Assembly: GCF_001462395.1 (NCBI RefSeq)
Contig: NZ_LNTB01000001.1
Location: 1,050,001 to 1,082,000, forward strand
DNA from: Pyrodictium occultum
GTDB taxonomy: Archaea > Thermoproteota > Thermoprotei_A > Sulfolobales > Pyrodictiaceae
DNA length: 32,000 nt
Reading direction: 5' to 3'
Shown piece after piece: positions 1 through 9,591 of this stretch. Below the pieces are notes generated by a model that searched no databases, was not told the origin of the DNA, and was given only the letters and a program-made list of their open reading frames with translations. Position 1 is the first letter of the stretch. Every line of letters starts with the position of its first letter. The position numbers and the translations under genes were made by a program.

Positions 1-23
1 TTCCACCGGGGCTGGCGCAGCAC

Positions 24-860
24 CTAGGCCAGCCTGGCTCTGTCTCTAAGCTCTCTAACAGCCTCTGCCAGTCTCTTGGCCTTCTCCGGGTCTATGGGGT
101 TAGCTGTCCTGCCACCATACTTTATTGACGAGCCTACTATGAACCCGTCCACTATGTTCCAGTATAGCTGTAGATTCTCCTGCCTCAGCCCGCTTCCAAG
201 GAGGACTGGCTTCGGCGAGCCCCGCTTTATGAAGGCAACATACCCGGGATCTGGGGGCCTTGAGGTGGCCTGCCCGCTTGCTATAACTGCATCCATATAG
301 CCTCTCTCCACACAGTCGCTAAGGACAGCGCCGAGGTCATAGCTTCCGAGAGGGTAGCTATGCTTTACATCTATGTCTGCGAAGACCATTATGTGTCTAT
401 CAAGCTGTTTTCTCATCTGCTCCACCTCCCTCGCCGCTGGGGCCAGAAGCCCCTCTGGCGAGAGCCTGGTGTCGCAGTAGGCGTTAAGCCTGATGAACCT
501 GGCGCCGGTGGCATAGGCCACAGCAAGGGCTATGGAGGCGTTGTTTCGCAGCACGCTCAATCCTACGGGGAGCTTTGTTGATCTCACCACCTCCCTTGCC
601 ACGACACTGAGGACAGCGGTCAGCACGTCATCACGGCCTGCCACCGCGAAGGGCTTATCGCCGTAATTCTCTATTATAACTGCATCGAAGCCTGCCTCTT
701 CGAGTTTGCCTGCCTCGTTAACCGTGTACTCGACCAGCCTCTCGACATCGCCATGGCCCCTGGGCGAGGAGGGTGTTGCGGGTAGATGCACTACTCCTAT
801 CAGCGGCTTGAAGCCGAGTACAGGTATTTTGAGCGGCTCAGCGCCATCCTCTCTCCGCAC
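24..860 (-). CDS. BtpA/SgcQ-family TIM-barrel protein
   Basis: 278-aa ORF. Motifs LIGVVHLPATPSSP, IIENYGDKPF, LRNNASIALAVAYATGARFIRLN, DVKHSYPL, LLGSGL..ENL and DGFIVGSSIK follow the BtpA-family pattern as I recall it. Confidence 0.75.
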   Translation of the reverse strand: MRREDGAEPLKIPVLGFKPLIGVVHLPATPSSPRGHGDVERLVEYTVNEAGKLEEAGFDAVIIENYGDKPFAVAGRDDVLTAVLSVVAREVVRSTKLPVGLSVLRNNASIALAVAYATGARFIRLNAYCDTRLSPEGLLAPAAREVEQMRKQLDRHIMVFADIDVKHSYPLGSYDLGAVLSDCVERGYMDAVIASGQATSRPPDPGYVAFIKRGSPKPVLLGSGLRQENLQLYWNIVDGFIVGSSIKYGGRTANPIDPEKAKRLAEAVRELRDRARLA

Positions 861-1098
861 GGTTTTCGGCCCTCGACCTTTTTCATCACAGCACGTTGCT
901 ATAGGCTCTAATGGGCTCTAAATATATAAGGAGGCTCGGTGTCCCTGAACCCCCTATAGTGGCCTAGGGATGTGGATGCGCTGTCCCCAATGGGACCGTT
1001 GAAAGGATGACAGGCCTCCCCCTTTGCCGAAACCTCCCAATAAAAGTGGTTACTGGTTGCCGGAGCCAGGGCCGGTTGTTAGTCTCGTCCCCGCTATG

Positions 1099-1527
1099 CT
1101 ACTTGCCCCCGACAACCTCCTTGAGTATTGATCTGACCTTGTCTTCGAGTCTCGACTCGGTTGTAGCCCCCATTATCACGTCGGCCACGTGGCCGTTTAC
1201 GAATATTATTGTTGTAGGTATGTTTTCGACATTGTAGCGGTCAGCTGTCTCGGGTAGCTTGTCTGTGTCAAGGTATGCGAAGAGTACCTTGCCGTTGTAC
1301 TCCTCTATAAGGCGGCGTGCCACGCGCCGGAAGACTGGAGTGTAGGCCTTGCAGGGGTTGCACCAGGGCGCGGAGAACTCTACCACGGCTACTGGATACC
1401 TCTCTATCACCTTATCAAAGTCCTTCTCTATGTAGTAGAGGGGGTCTCCCAGATCCTGCTCTATGCGTCTTATCTTCTGCTCTACAAGCTTCCGCAGCTC
1501 TGCAGCTACCTCGTCTACGCTGCTCAT
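1099..1527 (-). CDS. thioredoxin-like protein (CxxC = WCNPC)
   Basis: Track ORF 1099..1932 is over-extended, since its 5' part overlaps the opposite-strand gene at 1666. The ATG at 1527 (cat at 1525-1527 on +) gives 142 aa, MSSVDEV..., with VVEFSAPWCNPCK and a thioredoxin-fold C-terminus (IPTTIIF). ATG 1545 is an alternative start. Confidence 0.8.
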   Translation of the reverse strand: MSSVDEVAAELRKLVEQKIRRIEQDLGDPLYYIEKDFDKVIERYPVAVVEFSAPWCNPCKAYTPVFRRVARRLIEEYNGKVLFAYLDTDKLPETADRYNVENIPTTIIFVNGHVADVIMGATTESRLEDKVRSILKEVVGGK

Positions 1528-1665
1528 CCGGTGCCACCCGCGCATCCTTTGCTGGCGGGGCCTACGTTTAATTGTGCTGCAGTGGCGGTCAATGCGGGCT
1601 ATCTTATTTTGAAGTCTCCCGGGCAGCTTATGGTGCGGCGAGTCTAAGGCACGGGGGCGTTTGGG

Positions 1666-2076
1666 ATGCGGGTCTTTGTGGACGAACTTGTTGTGTCTAC
1701 GAGGCAGCGTTTTGAAGCGGTTGACATAACGTCTGAGGTTGAGCGCATTGTCTCTAAGTCTGGGATAAGGAACGGCATGTGTATGGTTTTCGTACCTCAT
1801 GCTACGGCTGCCATAATAGCTAACGAGGCCGAGCCCGGGCTTCTCGAAGACTATATAGACCTTGTTAAGCAGCTCTTTAAGCCGGACTACAAGTGGAGGC
1901 ATAACCGGATAGATAATAATGCCCATGCGCACCTCGCAGCCGCCGTGATAGGCCCCTCAAGGGTATTCCCGGTTGCCGGCGGGAGGCTTGTCCGCGGCAC
2001 CTGGCAGAACATCCTTCTACTCGAGCTCGATGGCCCTAGGAGCAGGAGGGTTATCGTAGAGGTGCTGGGGGAGTAG
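1666..2076 (+). CDS. YjbQ/UPF0047-family protein (secondary thiamine-phosphate synthase-like)
   Basis: 136 aa. The pattern [11 protein letters not shown]...[20 protein letters not shown]......WRHN...DNNAHAHL is typical of the UPF0047/YjbQ family. Confidence 0.8.
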   Translation: MRVFVDELVVSTRQRFEAVDITSEVERIVSKSGIRNGMCMVFVPHATAAIIANEAEPGLLEDYIDLVKQLFKPDYKWRHNRIDNNAHAHLAAAVIGPSRVFPVAGGRLVRGTWQNILLLELDGPRSRRVIVEVLGE

Positions 2077-2081
2077 GATCA

Positions 2082-3299
2082 TTGCCCCGGAGGCCCCAAC
2101 TATATGTCGCGGATCCAAGGGATATACGTGAAGGCCGTGTGACCGACATCTACTTCACGCGGACAAAGAGGATCCTGGAGGCTAAGGGTCTCTGCGACAC
2201 GCTTGTCAGGGCAGAGTTCCACGCCTACAGCCTCCCTAAGGGCTATGAATGGGCGGTGCTGGCTGGGCTCGAGGAGGCACTTGCCATACTTGAAGGCAGG
2301 AATGTGGACGTCTACGCCATGAGGGAGGGTACGCTCTTCAAGCCCGTAGAGCCCATTATGGTTGTTGAAGGCCCCTACTGCGAGTTCGCAGAGCTGGAGA
2401 CCGCTATACTAGGCGTTCTTAGGCACGAGTCTAGTGTAGCCACCAAGGCTGCCAGGCTCCGGCTGGCTGCGGGGGACAAGGCTCTACTCTTCTTCGGCCT
2501 GCGCTCCGCACACCCGGCTCTGGCTCCAATGCTTGATAGAGCCGCCTACATAGGCGGCTGTGACGCAGTATCTGGAACCATATCGCGCGAGATGCTCGGC
2601 CTAGAGCCTAAGGGAACCATGCCCCATGCACTCATCATAGTCTTCGGGGACCCTGTAAAGGCCTGGAAGGCTTTTGACGAGATCGTTGAGCCCGAGGTGC
2701 CCAGGATAGCTCTAGTCGACACATTCTACGATGAGAGGTATGAGGCACTGCTAGCAGCTAAGACTCTCGGAGATAAGTTGTTCGGCGTGAGGCTTGACAC
2801 GCCGAGCAGCAGGAGGGGCAACATGCGGCGTATCGTTGAGGAGGTGCGCTGGACGCTCAATCTACATGGCTACAACAATGTTAAAATAATCGTCAGCGGT
2901 GGCCTCGATGAAAACGATATAATAGAGCTTAGGGATGTAGCCGACGGCTTCGGCGTAGGCACCTCAATAGCCTTCCCGCCCAGCATAGATATAAGCATGG
3001 ACATTGTAGAGGTTAAGAGGGGCGACAAGTGGGTACCCATAACGAAACGCGGTAAGCTACCTGGAATGAAGCAGGTATACCGCTGCAAGCCGCTCAATGA
3101 TACCATAGTGCCCTGGGGGCAGAAGCCGGAGAAAAACTGCGGCGATGGCTCTGAGCCTAAACCGCTCCTAGAGAAGATCATGGAGAAAGGCGAGCTGCTG
3201 ACAGAGGTACCGAGCCTTGATGAGATAAGGAACTATGTACTATCGCAGCTTAAGGAGCTGGGCGAGAGCTATACCAGCCCTAGCACCAAGCAGCATTAG
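2082..3299 (+). CDS. nicotinate phosphoribosyltransferase (archaeal type II PRTase)
   Basis: 405 aa with a TTG start 5 nt after the preceding stop. N-terminus is ..[15 protein letters not shown]. Other features are the GTMPHALI motif, [17 protein letters not shown] and SGGLDE. Length and motif order match archaeal NAPRTases. Confidence 0.8.
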   Translation: MPRRPQLYVADPRDIREGRVTDIYFTRTKRILEAKGLCDTLVRAEFHAYSLPKGYEWAVLAGLEEALAILEGRNVDVYAMREGTLFKPVEPIMVVEGPYCEFAELETAILGVLRHESSVATKAARLRLAAGDKALLFFGLRSAHPALAPMLDRAAYIGGCDAVSGTISREMLGLEPKGTMPHALIIVFGDPVKAWKAFDEIVEPEVPRIALVDTFYDERYEALLAAKTLGDKLFGVRLDTPSSRRGNMRRIVEEVRWTLNLHGYNNVKIIVSGGLDENDIIELRDVADGFGVGTSIAFPPSIDISMDIVEVKRGDKWVPITKRGKLPGMKQVYRCKPLNDTIVPWGQKPEKNCGDGSEPKPLLEKIMEKGELLTEVPSLDEIRNYVLSQLKELGESYTSPSTKQH

Positions 3300-5405
3300 G
3301 GCCCTAATTGCGTCCAGCCTGTGCTCCCTCACGAACCCATATCCTATATTAATGACCTTGCATGCACCGTTACCGCTATCAAGCAATCTCTCTATATCGA
3401 TGACAACTGTACCGCTGTTGAGTGGTTTACCATAGCATAGCACTATGCACTCATAGCTGCATCCTAGATACATGCGCTTCCTATCTAGGAGGCCTACGTT
3501 TACCTTACTCTCGGTAGGCCCAAAGAGCCTTAGGTTCCTCACGCCCCTAGCGTCTCTCAGTGTAAGCTCCACCGGCCCCCCAGGTACACGCAGAGGGAGT
3601 CTAGGCCCCGCTTCAACAACCACATCCAATCCATTAACTCTGGCTGCAAGGTAGCCAGGCCTGCTAAGCTCCATCACTATATACAAGCGGCCCCTTCTAA
3701 TATCTATGTCGAACCTCTCTATGGATCCTAGTACATCCTCCAATGGCTTGACAAGCCGCGCTTCCGTCTTGAGCAATATGCCGTTGTCGTTTACACCAAC
3801 TACTCCTATATTATCACTGTTGACTAGATCCTCCACCGGGACCAAGGCGCTGTAGAGCCTGGCATGTTTCTGTGCAGACTTTACTCTAGCCTTTACAAAC
3901 CGGGGAAGCACTAGCAGCTTGTAGAGCTCCATGTTAGTATCAACCCTAAACACAACCTCGACAATGTCTAGACCGCGTGGAACAACCTCCATCACTGTAA
4001 CTTCTAGGGATAACTGGTGCTCACGTATTCTCTCGATCTCTGCCAGGGCTCCAGTGGCGTTTTCCCGCAGAGCAATCCTGGAAGCGTTTGGCCTAAACCC
4101 GAGCACATAGACTACATGAAATAAATTATTGTCCTCATGGAGCGTTAGTGGCTCTACCCTATTGTCTCCCACCAGCAGCTCTATGCTCTCTACACTATCT
4201 ATTCCCACTAGTTTGCCCCAAGCCTCGAGTATTGATTGCCCGCAATAATTCTCTCTTAGGCAGAGAGTTCCGCTATTAGTTGTCCATAACCTCGCTCCCT
4301 CAAGCCTAATCTCAGCATCAACCAATTTACCAAAGATCTCACTCTCCATTATAGAAACTAGGTTGTTGACGCCGCTCTCTCCCAGCTTTCCTGCACCCAC
4401 AGCCCTGCTAAGCCGCCGTGAGCTGGGGGAAACCTCAAACAGTATTGACGAGACCCTACCCAGCTCTATAATAGAGACCTCATTATCCCTCGTTACGACC
4501 ACGTAGGGAAACACGACAACAGCATTATGGAGAGCCAGCGCCCTCTTGACGAGATTCAGCGCGTATGATGCTAGAGCGCTAGATCCGCCTATTATACGCC
4601 CATCACAGTCAAGTATGCTGTACCCCTCATAGGAGGGTATGGGGGAGGCATCTCGGCAGCGCACGAGCGGCTTTATGCCGCCCAGCTTATCCACAAGATA
4701 TACAACATTATCGTTAGTATTGTAGAGGAGCACATCACCATCCATGCTGTAGCCTAGGGGCTCTAAGCTGCGCTCCACCGAGGGCACGTCGACAAAGCCT
4801 GCCGCGGGATTTACGAGGCGCACATAATCCTGGAAGAATAACGCTACCACGCCATTCCTATATTTCACGAGGCCCGGTTTCTCGCCTATTCTCAAATGCA
4901 TAAACGAGCTAAGTGTGTCGAGTATGAGGAGGTACTCGCCCGCACGCTTATAGAGCACAAAGCTTGATACTAGATCAGATCCCTGGGTCACAACGTTGGC
5001 CTTGCTTATGCTATCCCATCTTTTACATCCGCTTGCACGGAAGAGGACCAGGAGATTTTGACTAAAGAGTCCTCTACGCTCATATATTATGGCGTGAGGG
5101 CCCTCCGCTATAACTTTAGACTCGCTATCGCCCGGCCTACAGCCACTAAAGCTATCTCCAATGGAAACTGTCTGCCCATCTATTAGGGGGACCAGCACGC
5201 TGTCATTGTTATTGCAGCTTAGTTTGAGGAGCCTCTCGTTGCCGCCTACAACTACTAGCCTCTGTGGAATACACCGCTGCAGGTTATCAAAGCTGTTATG
5301 CTGCCCTCCAATGGATATGCTCCTAATGGCAAAGGGCATAACCAGCATGTAGTATCTTCTAGTGTCCATAGACCCCTGGTTTCTCGCGTAGCCCTGGCCG
5401 GTCAC
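3240..5405 (-). CDS. large hypothetical protein (721 aa), no recognisable motif
   Basis: Long uninterrupted ORF on the minus strand with coding-like composition. It is visibly less GC-rich than its neighbours. Its 3' end overlaps the convergent NAPRTase gene by 60 nt. The start is uncertain, with internal Met codons near the N-terminus. Confidence 0.55.
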   Translation of the reverse strand: MTGQGYARNQGSMDTRRYYMLVMPFAIRSISIGGQHNSFDNLQRCIPQRLVVVGGNERLLKLSCNNNDSVLVPLIDGQTVSIGDSFSGCRPGDSESKVIAEGPHAIIYERRGLFSQNLLVLFRASGCKRWDSISKANVVTQGSDLVSSFVLYKRAGEYLLILDTLSSFMHLRIGEKPGLVKYRNGVVALFFQDYVRLVNPAAGFVDVPSVERSLEPLGYSMDGDVLLYNTNDNVVYLVDKLGGIKPLVRCRDASPIPSYEGYSILDCDGRIIGGSSALASYALNLVKRALALHNAVVVFPYVVVTRDNEVSIIELGRVSSILFEVSPSSRRLSRAVGAGKLGESGVNNLVSIMESEIFGKLVDAEIRLEGARLWTTNSGTLCLRENYCGQSILEAWGKLVGIDSVESIELLVGDNRVEPLTLHEDNNLFHVVYVLGFRPNASRIALRENATGALAEIERIREHQLSLEVTVMEVVPRGLDIVEVVFRVDTNMELYKLLVLPRFVKARVKSAQKHARLYSALVPVEDLVNSDNIGVVGVNDNGILLKTEARLVKPLEDVLGSIERFDIDIRRGRLYIVMELSRPGYLAARVNGLDVVVEAGPRLPLRVPGGPVELTLRDARGVRNLRLFGPTESKVNVGLLDRKRMYLGCSYECIVLCYGKPLNSGTVVIDIERLLDSGNGACKVINIGYGFVREHRLDAIRALMLLGARAGIALAQLLKLR

Positions 5406-5519
5406 CGTTAGAGGGGGTTGGCCGGAGCTAAAGCAGGCCGGCAGGACTGTGGGGATCTGCTAGGGGAGGGGGTGGCCGGTGTAGAAGGAGTGGCGGCGGG
5501 GCCCGCTCTCTGCGGGCTG

Positions 5520-5596
5520 TGGTAGCGGGGGGTGGATTTGAACCACCGACCTCGGGGTTATGAGCCCCGCGGGCTGCCAGGCTACCCTACCCCGCT
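5520..5596 (-). tRNA. initiator tRNA-Met (anticodon CAT), CCA encoded
   Basis: The reverse complement reads AGCGGGG-TA-GGGT-AGCCTGGCA-GCCC-G-CGGGG-CTCATAA-CCCCG-AGGTC-GGTGG-TTCAAAT-CCACC-CCCCGCT-A-CCA. It has an A1:U72 end pair and three G:C pairs closing the anticodon loop, both archaeal initiator hallmarks. Confidence 0.9.
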
Positions 5597-5748
5597 ATGC
5601 TACCCCGCCATCCGCCATGCTACTTCTTCACGGGTCCCCGCTCTACTTATAAGCTTTACGGGCTTGCCTTGTTAGCCCGGCAGCCACTACACCCGGGAGG
5701 GGATGACTGGCCTCCCCGCAGCAGGGCCGACCCGTAGGTGGGGAGAGG

Positions 5749-6111
5749 GTGAGCTGGAGGGACCCCACAACCCGCAGGGACATTTCATACCTACTCCTGA
5801 CAATAGTCCCTCCAGGCTACACGATAACCTATAATGCTCTAGCCCAGTTGTTAGGTACCTCACCCAGGGCTGTGGGAGCATATATGAGGGCAAATAGGGA
5901 CCTCATAGTAGTGCCCTGCCACCGCGTAGTAGCGAAGAGGAGGCTGGGTGGATTCAGCAAGGGCATCAACTTCAAGAAGAAACTCCTAAAAATAGAGGGC
6001 GCGCTTGACGGGAAAGCCCGGCCCAGGAACGTTATAGACTCGCCCAGCGAGTTCTGGCAGGTTGCAGAGAAGCATGGGAGAGGCATTGAAGTAGACCTTG
6101 ATGACCCATGA
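5749..6111 (+). CDS. ogt: methylated-DNA-protein-cysteine methyltransferase-like protein (stand-alone MGMT active-site/DNA-binding domain)
   Basis: 120 aa with a GTG start. The motif run IVPPGYTITYNALAQLLG.SPRAVGAYMRANRDLIVVPCHRVV....LGGFS.G...K..LL..EG contains the PCHR active-site motif of the Ogt/MGMT family. No N-terminal domain is present. Confidence 0.75.
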   Translation: MSWRDPTTRRDISYLLLTIVPPGYTITYNALAQLLGTSPRAVGAYMRANRDLIVVPCHRVVAKRRLGGFSKGINFKKKLLKIEGALDGKARPRNVIDSPSEFWQVAEKHGRGIEVDLDDP

Positions 6112-6124
6112 AGGGTAAAGGTAC

Positions 6125-6186
6125 AGAGCGTCAGGGGCCGTGCGCTGGACCTCCCTCCTCAGACCACAGGGAACTCATCATGCTCC
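6125..6186 (-). ncRNA. candidate C/D-box sRNA (tentative)
   Basis: The minus strand reads GGAGC-AUGAUGA(C box)-GUUCCCUGUGGU(12 nt)-CUGA(D')-24 nt-CUGA(D)-C-GCUCU. It has a consensus C box, exact 12-nt spacing to a CUGA, a terminal CUGA, and a 4-5 bp terminal stem (GGAGC/GCUCU). The C' box is poor. It may instead be part of a larger structured RNA. Confidence 0.3.
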
Positions 6187-6501
6187 AGGCATGGTCAGCT
6201 AGGTGTTGGCTCAGCATGGCGATGATGACGACCTTTGGGCCCGACCCTCCTTAGCAGGCAGTCCACTAGGCCCCCGGGGGTGAAGAGGCTGGCGGAGCAC
6301 TGATCCAGACTAGGAGGGGTTCGGCCCTGGCCACTTCCCTCACCGCCAACTCGGTCAAAGGGTGTGCACCACATCCCCCATGGCGGAGACTAGAAGCACC
6401 CGGACCCGCCATTTAAAGAATAGCCGCCCAGGGGTTGCCTGTCCAGCTAAGCTTATTAGAGTAGCAGAAGTCGATCAAACCCCAGCCTATGGGGGCTAAA
6501 A

Positions 6502-7653
6502 ATGGCACAGCTAGAGTTCAAGCCCAGGACAGTACGCGGCAAGAGGTGGAAGTACAGGATAGACGACTTCCCAGAGCCCTACCGCACGCTCTACAGGATA
6601 CTCGAAAGGCAGGGCTACATTATAGTCGGGCGCCACAGCGTCGTCAAGAAGTGCCACTGGACCCATGCGGCTCTAGTGGAGAACAGGTTCTGCTACAAGT
6701 GCAAGTTCTATGGCATCGAAAGCCACCGAGACGTACAGATGAGCCCTGCAGCGCTATGGTGCTGGAACGCATGCCTACACTGCTGGAGGCTGAGGCCCAC
6801 CGACACCCTCAAATGGGACGACACCAAGCTACCATGGGTGGATGACCCCGACCTCATAGCCGAGGGCAGCATTGAGGCACACCGCGAGTCGCTCATGGGC
6901 TACTGGGGCCATCCAAAGTTCAACGAGAGGATGAAGCGCATGCTTGAGGAGGCAATGAATCCTGTACACGTGGCCATAAGCCTCACCGGCGAGCCTACCC
7001 TCTACCCGAGGCTCGGCGAGCTTATACAAGAGTACCACAAACGTGGCATGACGACATTCCTCGTCACACGTGGAGTCCGCCCCGACGTTCTTGCAAACTT
7101 GGAGGAGGAGCCCTCCCAGCTCTACATAAGCATAGAGGCCTGGGACAAGAGCAGCTATAACAAGTTTAACAAGCCTCTTGTACCCAGAGCCTGGGAGCTA
7201 ACACTCAAGACGCTAGAGCTCCTGCCAAGCTTCTCAAGCCCCACTGTGATAAGGTTCACGCTAGTTAGGAGCTTCAATATGCATGAAGATGCCTTGAAGG
7301 CCTGGGCTAAGATGGTTGAGATAGCGCAGCCTACCTATGTGGAGTTCAAGTCCTACATGCATGTCGGCGCGGCCAGGAACAGGCTCAGCCGTACTGATAT
7401 GCTGCGCCACTTGGAGATCCTAGCATTCGCCAAGAAGTTCGCCGATATGACAGGCTACAAAGTAATATCACAGCAGATAGAGAGTAGGGTGGTTCTCCTA
7501 TCGAGGATCGACAAGCCGATAAGGCTTGGCAAGGGCTGCCAAGGCGAGATGGAGAAGGAGAAGGATCGGCTAGAGGAGATGCTAGAGGCGCTAAAGAAGA
7601 ACCCAAGCCTCGACGAGACCGAGTACCGGATGGTCCTCGAACAGAAGATTTAA
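6502..7653 (+). CDS. taw1: tRNA 4-demethylwyosine synthase (radical SAM, Taw1/TYW1)
   Basis: 383 aa. It has HSVVKKCHWTHAAL, CYKCKFYGIESHRDVQMSPA (auxiliary cluster region) and the radical-SAM CxxxCxxC as CWNACLHCW, then AISLTGEPTLYP. This is the typical archaeal Taw1 layout. Confidence 0.85.
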   Translation: MAQLEFKPRTVRGKRWKYRIDDFPEPYRTLYRILERQGYIIVGRHSVVKKCHWTHAALVENRFCYKCKFYGIESHRDVQMSPAALWCWNACLHCWRLRPTDTLKWDDTKLPWVDDPDLIAEGSIEAHRESLMGYWGHPKFNERMKRMLEEAMNPVHVAISLTGEPTLYPRLGELIQEYHKRGMTTFLVTRGVRPDVLANLEEEPSQLYISIEAWDKSSYNKFNKPLVPRAWELTLKTLELLPSFSSPTVIRFTLVRSFNMHEDALKAWAKMVEIAQPTYVEFKSYMHVGAARNRLSRTDMLRHLEILAFAKKFADMTGYKVISQQIESRVVLLSRIDKPIRLGKGCQGEMEKEKDRLEEMLEALKKNPSLDETEYRMVLEQKI

Positions 7654-7673
7654 CCCACAGGCCCCAATGGTTT

Positions 7674-8426
7674 CTAGGCGGACTCCTTACTAGCCTCCTT
7701 ACCCTCAACCCTGCCTGCAAGACCGTAACGCACTATATATTCGTAGAGCTTACGCGCCTTGCGCGTATAGAGCCTCACCCTGCTGCCCTTAGGATACCTT
7801 ATCTCGACATAGTTCTTTGACTCGTTCAGCTTGACCTCGCTTCCCTCCGGCAGGGGGAACCCGATGACCTGGCCCATGGAGCCCTTCATAACTATACCCT
7901 TCTCTGTCACGCGGAAACCGTGAGGCACTAGCGGTGGCTGCTTCACACCGCCTCCCACCATGAGCTTTCTGGAGGCCTGGCTCAGCAGGAACATCGCCTC
8001 GAATACTAGTAGCCAGAAGACGAAGCCTGCGAGAACCCCGTGTATGCCAATAGAGTTTAGGTTAGCAACTGCCTCATCATGATACGCTGCCGCCGCCCTG
8101 AAGAGGATGTAGTAGATGGGGAGTAGTAGGAGCATTATCATCATTGACTTAGCCTGGCCGGCGTAGAGCCTTATGAGGTCCTCATCCTCCATCGCTATCT
8201 CAAAGGCCTTATCCTCCTTCATAAGAGTCCTCGCCTTCACCACCTCCTCTCTCGGTACCTTGCCGGAGACCCCCCGGGCTGAATACATGCCCAGCGCCAT
8301 TATGGCCACTATGTAGACTATGAATACAAGCCAGTAGTAGTGAGGCGCTATGGCTATGACTAGGGAGAGCACTGCTAGATAAAGCTGGCCTATGAGCATC
8401 ATGGCACGCTCCGAGAGCAAACCCAC
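7674..8426 (-). CDS. conserved-type integral membrane protein, function unknown
   Basis: 250 aa with about four hydrophobic helices (e.g. LIGQLYLAVLSLVIAIAP, YWLVFIVYIVAIMALGM, MMIMLLLLPIYYILF, LAGFVFWLLVFEAMFLL) followed by a soluble C-terminal domain. Confidence 0.6.
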   Translation of the reverse strand: MGLLSERAMMLIGQLYLAVLSLVIAIAPHYYWLVFIVYIVAIMALGMYSARGVSGKVPREEVVKARTLMKEDKAFEIAMEDEDLIRLYAGQAKSMMIMLLLLPIYYILFRAAAAYHDEAVANLNSIGIHGVLAGFVFWLLVFEAMFLLSQASRKLMVGGGVKQPPLVPHGFRVTEKGIVMKGSMGQVIGFPLPEGSEVKLNESKNYVEIRYPKGSRVRLYTRKARKLYEYIVRYGLAGRVEGKEASKESA

Positions 8427-8824
8427 CCACCTTTATTACCTTGGGCTACAGGCTTCACCCATGAAGTCGGTATGAGCCCCCTTGATCCACCCGGGCTACG
8501 AGAAGTGGGCCCCTAATAAGGCCAGGGGGCTGTGGCTACCCCACACGGGAAGGCCTCCGACGTGATGAATAGAGCCGGGCCGAGCCTGCTGGCGAGGAAC
8601 CTGGAGCTGAGGGCCACGCTCTCGAAAGCCTTGCAGGTGATGTAGGCGTCCTACGCCGAGGGCTATGAGGAGAAGGCTGAGCGCTGACCACCCTCCCCGG
8701 GGAGGCTCGAGACGAGGCCTCAAGCGTGGACGGGCCCTGGCATCCCCCGCCCCGGAGGGTGGGCGGGGTTCACTAGGCCTGCGTGATGCATCATCGGCCA
8801 CTAGAGGCTAGACACTACGATAAC

Positions 8825-8832
8825 CCTATAAA
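8825..8832 (+). promoter_or_regulatory. TATA-box-like element upstream of tRNA-Thr
   Basis: cTATAAAg lies about 38 nt upstream of tRNA position 1. This fits an archaeal TATA centred near -26 with a short 5' leader. Confidence 0.4.
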
Positions 8833-8867
8833 GCCGCCCGCCGGGCCTCCTAGCCATACTACATGGT

Positions 8868-8979
8868 GCCGCCGTAGCTCAGCGGTAGAGCACCGGCCTC
8901 GTAAGCCCCGCTGGGGTCCAGGAGCCGCGGGTTCCGAGGGAGCCGGGGGTCCCGGGTTCGAATCCCGGCGGCGGCTCCA
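8868..8979 (+). tRNA. tRNA-Thr (anticodon CGT) with a 37-nt intron at the canonical 37/38 position, CCA encoded
   Basis: Structure is GCCGCCG-TA-GCTC-AGCGGTA-GAGC-A-CCGGC-CT[CGT]A // intron 8904-8940 // A-GCCGG-GGGTC-CCGGG-TTCGAAT-CCCGG-CGGCGGC-T-CCA. All four stems are fully paired. Confidence 0.85.
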
Positions 8980-9143
8980 GTCGCGGGCCTTCCCCAACCC
9001 ACCATCCGGCTCCATACCCTCATGTTCATGTCCCTCCTTAATTTTCCTAACACTTTATTGATAATTCGCTAACCTAGGATAATAACGTTTATAATGTATA
9101 TCCGTTACTATGTTCTCCTCCCCTCTTTTCATGGGATGATGTA

Positions 9144-9451
9144 ATGGTTAGGAAGGTTAGGGTTTTAGCTGTTGAGGATAGGTCTTGGTGGATGCAGCCT
9201 CTCTTCAGCTTCCCGTTTATTGGAGGCCTGAGCGCTAGGCAGTTGCTAATCATTGTTTCATCATTATATCAGCATCACTATCGATAGGTGGCGGGTTGAG
9301 GTTTGGGGAAGTAGCTGTTATCGTGCTTGTATCAGGCTTCGTAGGTCTGGGTATTGCGAAAAAGCCTGTTAAATCAGTGCTTCCCGAGAAACAGTTTCTA
9401 GTGTTTCTTACAGGCAGGCATAGGCCTAGGATTAGCCGAGGAGCTGGCTAA
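9144..9451 (+). pseudogene. PrgI/VirB3-like small membrane protein, split by one frameshift
   Basis: Frame A (9144-9287) reads MVRKVRVLAVEDRSWWMQPLFSFPFIGGLSARQLLIIVSSLYQHHYR*. Frame B (open from 9239, stop 9449-9451) reads ..ASLSIGGGLRFGEVAVIVLVSGFVGLGIAKKPVKSVLPEKQFLVFLTGRHRPR... Joined, they give about 100 aa with the F.GL(S/T).RQL motif plus two TM helices typical of PrgI-family proteins encoded upstream of VirB4. Confidence 0.4.
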
Positions 9452-9591
9452 TGTGTGGGAGGTTACAGGACTAGATCTGGGGTCTAGGAAGCCTATACCA
9501 TTAAGTTACATAGAAGTATTCAAATGGGATCCCTTCACAGACACATTCTCTCCCAGCACTCCCGAAGAAGTATTGGAGAAAAGCCACAGGC

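Noticed and set aside
1528-1932. N-terminal 135-aa extension of the thioredoxin ORF (track ORF 1099..1932)
   Set aside because: The extension is R/P/H-rich and non-family-like. It also overlaps the well-supported opposite-strand YjbQ-like gene. An internal ATG at 1527 gives a normal-length thioredoxin.
6112-6420. SRP (7S) RNA or RNase P RNA in the ogt-taw1 spacer
   Set aside because: Size and overall helical architecture are suggestive, for example a GGGCCGAA-containing hairpin and a long helix closing two hairpins on the minus strand. But I could not find the universal SRP helix-8 signature (GNAR tetraloop closely followed by AGCA) or 5'/3' end pairing. The RNase P CR-I (GAGGAAAGUCC-like) and CR-V (ACAGAA..GGCUUA) motifs are also absent on both strands. 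G:U versus C:A evidence for strand choice conflicts between helices. It is left as an unassigned structured region.
8496-8801. 101-aa minus-strand ORF in the spacer upstream of tRNA-Thr
   Set aside because: Its extreme Arg/Pro/Gly composition is typical of random ORFs in GC-rich DNA, and it has no motif. The neighbouring ORFs 8783..9061, 8815..9015 and 8859..9053 simply read through the tRNA gene.
8859-9053. Possible Int(N) fragment reading from the island into tRNA-Thr (SSV-type partition)
   Set aside because: Only about 20 codons lie outside the tRNA, the sequence there is GC-rich host-like DNA, and there is no resemblance to integrase N-termini.
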